Positions 23,768 to 31,909 of a stretch of 31,909 bases of DNA are shown here, one piece after another. The position numbers were made by a program, and so were the translations under genes. The notes below the pieces were generated by a model. That model saw nothing but the letters and a program-made list of their open reading frames with translations. It made no database searches and was not told where the DNA came from. The stretch lies in contig JBFWWG010000021.1 of NCBI GenBank assembly GCA_050246315.1, positions 1-31,909 of the forward strand, read 5' to 3'. This DNA is from Nitrospiraceae bacterium. Lineage in GTDB: Bacteria > Nitrospirota > Nitrospiria > Nitrospirales > Nitrospiraceae. Numbering within the stretch: position 1 is the stretch's first letter; each line of letters begins with the position of its first letter.

Positions 23768-25576
23768 GTGGCGCGGAAGAGCGGTCTGGGAGACAATCTC
23801 GAAGGACCATCCATCGGAGACTCCATGCTCTCCCCGGCACACAAGGCCATCGAGGCCGCGGCATATGATCGCCTTGTCTCCACGGGTCTGCTGACCCGCG
23901 AGGAGTTCGACGCGGCCCTCAAGGAAAGTTTCAGGGGGAAAAAAGAGCTTGAGGCCACCCTCCTCACCAAGTATCGTCTCTCGAAAGCGCAACTGGGACA
24001 GGCGCTAAGCGAGTTCTTCGCCTGCCCCTACGTGCCCTACGACGACCGAACCGTCGTCGACGTGGAGTTGGTGAAGAATCTCAGCTTCGACTACCTCCGC
24101 CGGAACTACTGGATTCCCCTTCGCCGCCAAGGCCCCCTGCTCGACATCCTGATCGACGACCCGCATAACCTCGACAAGGGGGTCGATATCCGTCGCGCAT
24201 TCCCCGGCGTGACCATCCGGTACTCGGTGAGCCTCCGGCAGGAGATTGAGCAATTTATCCTGTCCGCGGTGGGGCAGACAGAATCGGGCTCGATCACCGA
24301 AATCCTAGGGGAGCTCGTCAGCGAGGCCACCGATGCCCCACCCGACGATTCGGGTGCCCAGGCCATCGACGAACACGACTCGGCCATCGTCCGCCTGACC
24401 AACCAGATCATCGCAGAAGCCTATCGCCTAGGGGCCTCCGACATCCACATCGAGCCCTATTCCGATCGCAAGGAAACGGCGGTCCGATACCGGGTGGACG
24501 GGTCCTGCTTTTCCTACATGAAAATTCCACCGGCCTACCGGCGTGCCATCGTGTCGCGCATCAAGATTATGGCGAACCTCGACATCGCGGAACGGCGTCG
24601 GCCACAGGACGGGAAGATCCGCTACAAGTTGGCAAAGGACAAGGAAATTGAATTGCGGGTTGCCACGATACCCACGGCCGGTCACAACGAGGACGTGGCG
24701 ATGCGCATGCTGACGGCCAAGGAATCGATGCCGCTGTCGGCGATGGAATTCTCCCTAGAGGCGGTCGCGGCGATCAAGAACCTCGCCGACCGGCCGCATG
24801 GGTTGATCCTCTGCGTCGGCCCCACCGGCTCCGGGAAAACCACGACGCTCCACGCGATTCTCGGCGCCATCAATACCGATGAACGGAAGATCTGGACGGC
24901 GGAAGATCCGATCGAGATCACGCAGGACGGCTTGCGGCAGGTTCAGATCAATCCGAAGATCGGCTTCACCTTCGCCGCCGCCATGCGGTCATTCTTGCGC
25001 GCGGACCCTGACGTGATCATGATCGGCGAGATGCGGGACAAAGAAACTGCGGACGTAGCCATCGAAGCCTCCCTGACCGGGCATCTCGTCCTCAGCACCC
25101 TCCATACCAACAGCGCCGTGGAAACGGTGACCCGCCTGCTCGACATGGGATGCGACGCCTTCAACTTCGCCGACGCCATGCTCGGCGTCATCGCCAAACG
25201 TCTGTGCAAGCGGATTTGTCTCCAGTGCAAGGAACCCTACCATCCGACCCGCGAGGAATACGATGAACTCGTGCGAGCCTATGGCGCGGCCGCTTGGCAA
25301 TCGCTGGGAGTTCCATACACGGATGAGTTCCGGCTCTCTCGGGGCAGAGGCTGCGAGACCTGCAACCACAGCGGCTTTCGCGGGCGGGTACCGCTGCACG
25401 AACTGCTGGTGGCCTGTGACGAACTTCGCAACTTGATCCAATCGCACGCCCGAACTTCGGAGCTGACCTGCCTGGCCATCAAGAACGGCATGGTCACGCT
25501 CATGCAGGACGGCATTCAGAAGGTCCTGCGCGGCCTGACGACCTTCAAACAGGTCCGAACCGTCGCCATGAAGTAA
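23768..25576 (+). CDS. GspE/PulE/PilB-family secretion or pilus ATPase
   Basis: ASDIHIEP, LDIAERRRPQDG, Walker A GPTGSGKTTT, TAEDPIE, LRADPDVIMIGEMRD, TGHLVLSTLHTN, two CxxC zinc motifs. Start is 23768 or 23825. Confidence 0.95.
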   Translation: MARKSGLGDNLEGPSIGDSMLSPAHKAIEAAAYDRLVSTGLLTREEFDAALKESFRGKKELEATLLTKYRLSKAQLGQALSEFFACPYVPYDDRTVVDVELVKNLSFDYLRRNYWIPLRRQGPLLDILIDDPHNLDKGVDIRRAFPGVTIRYSVSLRQEIEQFILSAVGQTESGSITEILGELVSEATDAPPDDSGAQAIDEHDSAIVRLTNQIIAEAYRLGASDIHIEPYSDRKETAVRYRVDGSCFSYMKIPPAYRRAIVSRIKIMANLDIAERRRPQDGKIRYKLAKDKEIELRVATIPTAGHNEDVAMRMLTAKESMPLSAMEFSLEAVAAIKNLADRPHGLILCVGPTGSGKTTTLHAILGAINTDERKIWTAEDPIEITQDGLRQVQINPKIGFTFAAAMRSFLRADPDVIMIGEMRDKETADVAIEASLTGHLVLSTLHTNSAVETVTRLLDMGCDAFNFADAMLGVIAKRLCKRICLQCKEPYHPTREEYDELVRAYGAAAWQSLGVPYTDEFRLSRGRGCETCNHSGFRGRVPLHELLVACDELRNLIQSHARTSELTCLAIKNGMVTLMQDGIQKVLRGLTTFKQVRTVAMK

Positions 25577-25617
25577 CCGACCCGGTCCGGGGGTGCAATC
25601 AGTGTTCCGGCCTCCGG

Positions 25618-25938
25618 TCACCCGGACGCCGGCGTTTCGAGCAACCGCACGACCTCAGCCAACCGGGACTTCATTACCTCCTGCACCTTGATGAACTCGC
25701 AGCCGAACCGCGAGCCTGCGCGCCAGCGCACGGCCGCCAGTTCGATCTCGAGAGGAGGCTCCTGAGCGCCCAGGTCCAGGTCGATCCTCACATAACTCCC
25801 CACTGCGAACGGCCGGTCGGCGAGAACGGCACACCCATCGACCGAAAGGTTCACGACCGTGCAGTCCAGGTCTGAGCCGTCGCCGTGCAACCGTGCGGGC
25901 AGTTGGACTGAATATCGTTCGACTCGCCGGAGCTTCAT
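25618..25938 (-). CDS. Single-domain PilZ protein (c-di-GMP receptor)
   Basis: RRVER (RxxxR) and NLSVDG (D/NxSxxG) motifs, VRW...FGCEF. Confidence 0.9.
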   Translation of the reverse strand: MKLRRVERYSVQLPARLHGDGSDLDCTVVNLSVDGCAVLADRPFAVGSYVRIDLDLGAQEPPLEIELAAVRWRAGSRFGCEFIKVQEVMKSRLAEVVRLLETPASG

Positions 25939-26007
25939 GCCCTCACCCGAATCCACCACCATCGAAGGACGGCACGACGACGCGCGTGCGCTGCCGCGGA
26001 AGACCGA

Positions 26008-27027
26008 TCAGACTCCATAGTACTCCCGGTACCACTGGACGAAACGGGCAATGCCGGTTTCGATGGAGGTCGAGGGTTTGAAACCAACGTCGCGGGTCAG
26101 ATCTTCCACATCGGCATAGGTCGCCGGCACATCCCCGGCCTGCAACGGCAAGAACCGTTTCTCCGCCTTCCTCCCAAGCGTCTGCTCCAACACTTCAATA
26201 AACCGCAGCAACGGCACCGGCTGATGATTGCCGATGTTGTAGAGTCGATACGGGGCATTGCTGCCGCTCGGGTCGGGCTGGTCGCCCGACCACCGGGGAT
26301 CCGGCTGCGCCGGTCGATCGAGCGTCCGTACGACACCCTCCACGATATCGTCGATGTAAGTGAAATCCCGTTGCATCTGCCCGTGGTTGAAGACGTCGAT
26401 CGGGTGACCCTCCAGAATCGCTTTCGTGAAGAGAAACAGCGCCATGTCGGGCCGCCCCCATGGGCCGTAGACCGTGAAGAAGCGAAGGCCCGTGCAGGGA
26501 ATCCGGTACAAGTGGGCATAGCAATGGGCCATCAGCTCATTCGCCTTCTTGGTGGCCGCATAGAGGGAAACCGGGTGGTCCACATTGTCGTGCACGGAGA
26601 AGGGCATGCGGGTGTTGCCGCCGTAAACCGAACTGGTGGAAGCGAAGACCAGATGTTCGATGCCGCTGTGGCGGCATCCTTCCAAGATATTCAAGAACCC
26701 CTCGATGTTGCTGTCGGTGTAGGCATGGGGATTGACCAAGGAGTACCGCACCCCGGCTTGCGCAGCCAAATGCACGACCTTCTGAACCTTCGAGTCGGCG
26801 AACAACTGCTTCATGCCTACACGATCCGCCAGGTCCATCTTCACGAAACGGAACCGGTCGAACTTGGTCAATCGGGACAGCCGCGCCTCCTTGAGGCGGA
26901 CATCGTAATAGTCATTCATATTGTCGAGGCCGACGATCCGATCACCTCGCTCCAGCAAGCGACTGGTCGTATGGAACCCGATAAACCCCGCCGCTCCCGT
27001 AACCAACACCGTCTCTCCCGCCATCAT
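26008..27027 (-). CDS. NAD-dependent epimerase, UDP-glucuronate 4-epimerase type
   Basis: [32 protein letters not shown] (YxxxK), [14 protein letters not shown]. Confidence 0.95.
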   Translation of the reverse strand: MMAGETVLVTGAAGFIGFHTTSRLLERGDRIVGLDNMNDYYDVRLKEARLSRLTKFDRFRFVKMDLADRVGMKQLFADSKVQKVVHLAAQAGVRYSLVNPHAYTDSNIEGFLNILEGCRHSGIEHLVFASTSSVYGGNTRMPFSVHDNVDHPVSLYAATKKANELMAHCYAHLYRIPCTGLRFFTVYGPWGRPDMALFLFTKAILEGHPIDVFNHGQMQRDFTYIDDIVEGVVRTLDRPAQPDPRWSGDQPDPSGSNAPYRLYNIGNHQPVPLLRFIEVLEQTLGRKAEKRFLPLQAGDVPATYADVEDLTRDVGFKPSTSIETGIARFVQWYREYYGV

Positions 27028-27154
27028 CCTCTCCCGTCAGTCCGACGCAGCCAGAGCTAGGACAACCTCATACCTTCGTGGTGCGCATGGTCGATTGAAA
27101 GGCCGCATCGGCCGACAAACCTGCTCGGCTTCGGGACAGACCCTCTCCGCGACT

Positions 27155-28777
27155 CTACCCCCGCCCGGACGGCCGCATGAACGGCGGATCGCCATGATCG
27201 AGCCGATAGAGTTCGAGCGGCGCCAAGGTCTGTGCCAACGACACGGCTTCCATCGAACCGTCCGGCCTGAGGCGAAATCCGTCCAATGCCTGCGCATAGT
27301 GATACCGGCAGCCGAACGGCGCCAGCGCGTGAGCCAACTCGGACGGCGGCTCCCAATGCGCCGTGAGCAGTTTTGTCCGAGCCGGATTGCGCCGGCTGAA
27401 CGTAAAGGACAGGTGGTCCGGATACCAATCGGCCCCGCCGGTCGCATAGGACACCAACCATTTCGCCTGCGCGGTCTGCGCCAACTCGGCCAAATAGGCG
27501 TTGGTCAAGAAGCCGTTTTCTCCGACTTCCAGCCAACTCCCCGGCGGCGCCAGCGCGGCATGGGCCGCATAGGTGCGCAGCTCCTTCAACTGTTGCTGTG
27601 AGGCGCAGACGATGGTGATCGGTCCGTGCTGCCGCACGAGGGCCTGAATCACGCCTTCCTTCAGCGCCGAACGTCCGTCATTCGTCGGACCGCTGTCGGC
27701 ATGGACGAGCACGGAATGTCCACGGTCCAGAATCAGATAGCAATTTCGAGGCATTTCGAGGTCGCACGGATCTTCGCCATAGAACGGGACTGACAACACG
27801 GCTCCGCCGTCGAAGGTCCAGGACTCGCCGTGCGCCAGCTCGATGACATGGGAAAAGCCCAAGTCTCGCAGCAACGCGTGATAGTCGTAGTAGCAGACCT
27901 TCCGATTACGCCGGCTGGGGACGATGACCGGCACATCCTTGGGCAGACTCACCAGCGAGCGAGGTTCCACATGGTCGTCATGGTCGTGTGTGAGAAAAAT
28001 CGCCGACGGCCGCGGCAAGAGTTGGCCCCAGAGCGAGGGGACCGGCATCTCGGCGAACCAGGGCAAGAGCCACGGATCGAACAGGAAAAATTGCTCGCGC
28101 TGGCGATACATCAGCGCCGCATGGCCGAGATGAATCAGGTCACGATCGACCGTCATCTCCAGCCATCGAGCCCGCACACGGTGCTGCGGCGTGGCGGCCA
28201 GACACTCATGCTGATGCAGGAGGTCCATGAATCGGGTGAGGGTGCGCTCATGCTCCCGAGACGAGGTCACGACGGTACGAATCGCGCTGACCGGTTGACT
28301 GCCGTCCAATAATCCGATGAGCCTTGCAACGGCCGGACCGCCCATTCGGTCGAGTGAGAGCGGGATCGCCTGCCGCTTGACCGCGTGAAAGATTCGTAGA
28401 CCGGCGCTGGTCACCGTCGACGATTTGCTTGGATCGTGCGGAAATTCCCACTGGAAGGTTCCATCCGGACGTCGCCCGCACCGGATATGCTGGCTGAGCT
28501 GCGGGCGCGAATTCACCAACTCGGCATAAGCATCCTCCAGCATTGTGCGGAGATTCGGATCGTCGAGCGACGCCCGCCTGGCAAATACGTCGCTGATCGC
28601 CGTCTCCACGCCGCTTAATAGATGTTGATGCGCCTCGTGCAACGCCGCGGTCACCTCCGGCGCGATCCCGCCGAGAAACGGAAATGGACCCGGCGTTTCG
28701 GCGCTCTCGAACTGCACCCACACCCAGGGCAAGAGGGCAAGGTAGTCGGACACACGGTAGTGATCCCAGATTTTCAT
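27155..28777 (-). CDS. MBL-fold metalloenzyme with an N-terminal extension, CmlA-like diiron ligand set
   Basis: LGHAAL, FDPW, THDHDDH (HxHxDH), VPFYGEDPCDL, HADSG; about 210-aa N-terminal domain. ATG at 28777 avoids overlap with the VOC gene. Confidence 0.8.
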   Translation of the reverse strand: MKIWDHYRVSDYLALLPWVWVQFESAETPGPFPFLGGIAPEVTAALHEAHQHLLSGVETAISDVFARRASLDDPNLRTMLEDAYAELVNSRPQLSQHIRCGRRPDGTFQWEFPHDPSKSSTVTSAGLRIFHAVKRQAIPLSLDRMGGPAVARLIGLLDGSQPVSAIRTVVTSSREHERTLTRFMDLLHQHECLAATPQHRVRARWLEMTVDRDLIHLGHAALMYRQREQFFLFDPWLLPWFAEMPVPSLWGQLLPRPSAIFLTHDHDDHVEPRSLVSLPKDVPVIVPSRRNRKVCYYDYHALLRDLGFSHVIELAHGESWTFDGGAVLSVPFYGEDPCDLEMPRNCYLILDRGHSVLVHADSGPTNDGRSALKEGVIQALVRQHGPITIVCASQQQLKELRTYAAHAALAPPGSWLEVGENGFLTNAYLAELAQTAQAKWLVSYATGGADWYPDHLSFTFSRRNPARTKLLTAHWEPPSELAHALAPFGCRYHYAQALDGFRLRPDGSMEAVSLAQTLAPLELYRLDHGDPPFMRPSGRG

Positions 28778-28847
28778 GATAGACACTCGCGAAGGATGAT
28801 GAGGAAGGAGACGAGGTCTCCGTCCCTTGATCGATGTATTCGAAGCC

Positions 28848-29306
28848 TCACGGGTTGTTCGGACCGGCCTCATTGCGGGTGAACGCCAACGGACTAATGG
28901 TCGGTTCATACAAGACCTGCACCACATTGCCGTCAGGATCGGCGACATAAAACGAATAGCTCCCATCCCGGTGCCGTTTCGGAGGCTTTACGATCGTGGC
29001 GCCCAATTGGTCGGCCGCCTCGACGGTCAACTCATAGAGCTCATCGACCGCAGCGGGGTTCGCCATGATCACCCCCGCATGGTCGAGGAATTGGCCGCGC
29101 TGTCCGCGATAGTCAGCCGACTCGGCCTGTGTAATTTGGTGCAGGGCGAGGTTGTCGCATCCCGAGCTGAAATAGACATTGTCGGAGTCCGGCTCCCAGA
29201 CGACCTTCATCCCGAACAGGTGTTCGTAGAAGGCTCTCGATTTTTTCAGATCGGTCACGCGGAGCGCCAGATGGCGCAACCCGCGATGAGGAGGTGGTGT
29301 CGCCAT
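28848..29306 (-). CDS. VOC/glyoxalase family protein
   Basis: GLRHLALRVTDLKKSRAFY, LDHAG, SFYVADPDGNVVQV. Confidence 0.92.
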   Translation of the reverse strand: MATPPPHRGLRHLALRVTDLKKSRAFYEHLFGMKVVWEPDSDNVYFSSGCDNLALHQITQAESADYRGQRGQFLDHAGVIMANPAAVDELYELTVEAADQLGATIVKPPKRHRDGSYSFYVADPDGNVVQVLYEPTISPLAFTRNEAGPNNP

Positions 29307-29498
29307 GGCTCCAGATCGAGATCGCAGGGGCTTTCTTGCCTGCACGAATGCTGTGTATAGTAGGGAGCCGTCGAGAAGGCGTCAATCGCTTTTCTTGCGG
29401 ACACGTGTCTTTCTGTCTCTCAAGGTTGCGGGACCCCGCGCGGAGAGGGTGCCGATCTCGCAGCTCTGTTGACCTTCACCGTGTCGGAGGAATGACCC

Positions 29499-30368
29499 AT
29501 GTGGACCAGGTTCTCTGTGCTGACTCTTTGTGCCTGCTCGATGCTCTGGAATGTCGGCTTGAGTGGAGCCGCCGGCGAGACACCGTCGAGACAATCTGGA
29601 GGTACGCAGACCGGTGAGATCACCGGCAAGGATGGCGCTCCAATGGTACTGATCCCCTCCGGTCCGTTCGCCATGGGAGTCCCTCCCGGCGATCGTGATG
29701 GAGGCCGCGACGAGTATCCCCGCCACGAAGTCGATCTGGACGCCTTCTACATCGACAAGTTTGAAGTGACCAACGGCCGCTATATCGATTTCGTACGCAC
29801 AACGAACCATCGCATCCCGCAGCATCCCAAGGACTCGAGCCGGAACCTCTGGCACAAGAACCTGATGCCGGAATCGGTCGCGGACCGACCGGTCGTGAAC
29901 GTCGATTGGTATGACGCCGAGGCCTATTGTAAGTGGGCGGGGAAGCGCCTGCCGACCGAAGCCGAATGGGAAAAGGCGGCACGCGGCGGGGACAACCGGC
30001 GGTTTCCCTGGGGCAATGTGGAGCCAACCGCCAAGCACTTGAACTACAACCAACGCTGGATCGGGGAGAAGACCTTGATGCCGGTCGGCAGCTACGAGTT
30101 GGGCAAGAGTCCTTACGGCGCCTATGACATGGCGGGCAACGTTTGGGAATGGGTGAACGATTGGTACGATGATCGTTATTATGAAAAGAGTCCCGCCAAG
30201 AACCCGCCCGGTCCGGAAACCGGATCGGATAAGGTGTTACGTAGTTCCGGTTGGCAAGTCGAGACTCCGCTCGTCCGTATTTTCACACGCGTGAAAAGCG
30301 ATCCCCTGATCCGCAATGAATCGACGGGGTTCCGGTGCGCTATGGATGCCAAAGACACCGCCCGGTAA
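29499..30368 (+). CDS. Formylglycine-generating-enzyme (SUMF1/EgtB/PvdO) family exported protein
   Basis: Signal peptide, MVLIPSGPFAMG, FYIDKFEVTN, RLPTEAEWEKAARG, DMAGNVWEW, GFRCA. Confidence 0.93.
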   Translation: MWTRFSVLTLCACSMLWNVGLSGAAGETPSRQSGGTQTGEITGKDGAPMVLIPSGPFAMGVPPGDRDGGRDEYPRHEVDLDAFYIDKFEVTNGRYIDFVRTTNHRIPQHPKDSSRNLWHKNLMPESVADRPVVNVDWYDAEAYCKWAGKRLPTEAEWEKAARGGDNRRFPWGNVEPTAKHLNYNQRWIGEKTLMPVGSYELGKSPYGAYDMAGNVWEWVNDWYDDRYYEKSPAKNPPGPETGSDKVLRSSGWQVETPLVRIFTRVKSDPLIRNESTGFRCAMDAKDTAR

Positions 30369-30805
30369 TGAGCGCGGGCGGAGTGGTACGGGGCGTACTG
30401 TGCGCCGCGGTGGTCATCTCCACCGGAACCGGCTCGCTCGCCGCCGACAGCACCGAAGGCGACGCCCCGGTGGCCATCGCGCGCATCCTCTCCACTCCCT
30501 CCGTCTATAACCTGGACGTGGTGACATTGGTCGGCACGATTCGGGACATCCGTCGCATCCAGGTTGAAGGTAGCTGCGGCGAGGACAGCGGATTCATTTT
30601 GTATCTCCGGGACGAAACCGGCGAGCTTCCCATCCGCCATGTCGGGACCTGTGCCGAAGGCGAATCGGCGCCGGTCTTGCCGGGGGACTATCGGCAGGGC
30701 GAACAGGTTCGCGTTCGAGCGGCAATCATCGAGCATCCGACCACCGATCCGGACCGGCATGAGATTGAAGCCACGCTGGTGCGTGTCGATCATCTCGCCG
30801 AATAG
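30368..30805 (+). CDS. Exported hypothetical protein, probable OB-fold
   Basis: TAATG coupling to the upstream gene; signal peptide; VVTLVGTI, LYLRDETGEL, GEQVRVRA pattern. Confidence 0.7.
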   Translation: MSAGGVVRGVLCAAVVISTGTGSLAADSTEGDAPVAIARILSTPSVYNLDVVTLVGTIRDIRRIQVEGSCGEDSGFILYLRDETGELPIRHVGTCAEGESAPVLPGDYRQGEQVRVRAAIIEHPTTDPDRHEIEATLVRVDHLAE

Positions 30806-30826
30806 CGCCGGTTGAGCGAGACCCCG

Positions 30827-31687
30827 ATGAGCCAAGACCAACCGGCTGAAAGCACAAGCTTTCGGGGACTCCGCGTCGCGGCCTTCGAAAGCCGCATGGC
30901 GGGATCGATGGCGAACCTGATCCGTCGCTACGGGGGCGAGCCTCTGGTTACTCCGGCACTCCGCGAGGTTCCGCTGTCCGACCACCATTCGGTCTTTGAA
31001 TTCGGCGAACGCCTGTTCGCCGGACAGATCGACATGGTGCTGCTGCTCACCGGCGTCGGGACCCAAGTCCTGGTCGAGACGCTCGCCACACGCCATCCGA
31101 TTGAATCCATTACCCGGGCCTTGGCCCATACGACACTCGTCGCCAGAGGCCCGAAACCCGTGGCAGCACTGAAGCGCCTCGGACTGACACCGTCCCTGAT
31201 TGTGCCGGAACCGAACACCTGGCGGGATCTGCTGGCAGCGTTAGATGAACAGGGCTCGCTGACGAATCGACGGGTGGCGATCCAGGAATATGGTGCGCCC
31301 AATCAAGAGCTTATACATGGGCTCGTCGAACGGGAGGCGCAGGTGATGCCTGTATCTGTCTACAAGTGGGCGCTCCCGGAAGACACGACCCAGTTACGCA
31401 ATCTGTTGTTCGACGTGATCGCCGGAACAATCGACATTCTGCTCGTCACCAATGCCGCGCAGGTGGATCATGTCATGCAGGTGCTTGAGAGAGACGGCCA
31501 CGTGGATACGATTCGGGCGGCGCTCAAACGGATCGTCGTGGCTTCGATTGGCCCGACCGCCAGCGAACGGATGCGCAACCACGGCTGGCCCGTGGACCTG
31601 GAGCCTTCGCACCCCAAGATGGGCGTCTTAGTCAAGGAAGTCAGCGAAGCGGCCCGCGCGCTTCTGGATCGAAAGAGACCAGGATAA
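30827..31687 (+). CDS. hemD: Uroporphyrinogen-III synthase
   Basis: GLRVAAFESR, LLTGVG, VARGPKP, VAIQEYG, VYKWALPED, TNAAQV, SIGPTASE, PSHPKMG. Confidence 0.92.
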   Translation: MSQDQPAESTSFRGLRVAAFESRMAGSMANLIRRYGGEPLVTPALREVPLSDHHSVFEFGERLFAGQIDMVLLLTGVGTQVLVETLATRHPIESITRALAHTTLVARGPKPVAALKRLGLTPSLIVPEPNTWRDLLAALDEQGSLTNRRVAIQEYGAPNQELIHGLVEREAQVMPVSVYKWALPEDTTQLRNLLFDVIAGTIDILLVTNAAQVDHVMQVLERDGHVDTIRAALKRIVVASIGPTASERMRNHGWPVDLEPSHPKMGVLVKEVSEAARALLDRKRPG

Positions 31688-31789
31688 ATTTTCTGACCAT
31701 TAGAAGCAAAGGTCACGATGCCAGTCAAACTAGACAGCATGATCGATGAGACCTGCAGAATAGGAGCATCAATCGAATAAGTCACGACC

Positions 31790-31909
31790 TGAGGTGGCCC
31801 GGATTTGACAGACACCTTGAAACGGGGACAGGATTCCCCGAGGAGGTGTCCGATGGGTACACGCACACCGTTCACACCCGAGTTTAAGCGCGAAGCGGTC
31901 CAGTTGCTC
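31790..31909 (+). mobile_element. Left end of an IS3-family insertion sequence, truncated by the window edge
   Basis: Starts with TG (tgaggtggcccggatttgacagacacc). gacacct/aggtgtc inverted repeat overlaps the RBS aggagg, followed by orfA. Confidence 0.85.
31853..31909 (+). CDS. IS3-family transposase OrfA, N-terminus (3' partial)
   Basis: MGTRTPFTPEFKREAVQLL, the HTH_Tnp_1-type F.xEFKxEAV motif. Confidence 0.88.
   Translation, partial: MGTRTPFTPEFKREAVQLL

Noticed and set aside
31468..31875. Minus-strand 135-aa ORF
   Set aside because: It spans the IS3 end and overlaps hemD antisense. The 31688-31789 part could be an interrupted gene tail, but nothing supports that.
1..31909. Composite transposon formed by the two terminal IS elements
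   Set aside because: They belong to different families (IS1 and IS3) and enclose core genes such as polA and rpsU; contig breaks at repeats explain it better.
1..31909. CRISPR arrays, tRNA or rRNA genes
   Set aside because: No regularly spaced repeats, cloverleaf/TTCGA patterns in intergenic DNA or rRNA-like sequence were seen by eye.

Overview
GC-rich bacterial chromosomal segment whose gene set and repeats suggest Nitrospira/Nitrospirota (inference). It runs from the 3' end of an IS1-family element to the 5' end of an IS3-family element, so it is probably a contig broken at IS copies. The backbone is mostly housekeeping or conserved hypothetical genes: PSP1/RicT, two LPP20-like proteins, polA, two DsrE proteins, tusA, ftcD, rpsU, nth, a Kef-type antiporter, a HAD hydrolase, a PilB/GspE ATPase, PilZ, a UDP-glucuronate epimerase, an MBL-fold enzyme, VOC, an FGE-like protein and hemD. 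A ~5.1 kb accessory island (about 11285-16430) sits between the convergent dsrE and nth genes. It encodes an alpha/beta-hydrolase split by a frameshift at a C9 tract, a closely following caspase-like (C14) protease with an unrecognised C-terminal domain, a decayed RAYT-like transposase tail and a Lit/M48-like HExxH metallopeptidase. This is the best candidate for a protease-activated defence or cell-death system. Other points of interest: two divergent copies of a hairpin-rich MITE (CCCGCATTATTCATGA inverted repeats, CTAA target duplication), a CmlA-like diiron MBL enzyme with no NRPS in the window, a serine-less alpha/beta pseudo-hydrolase and a lipoprotein with a possible gasdermin-like pattern (speculative). 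All family calls come from reading motifs by eye; no searches were run.
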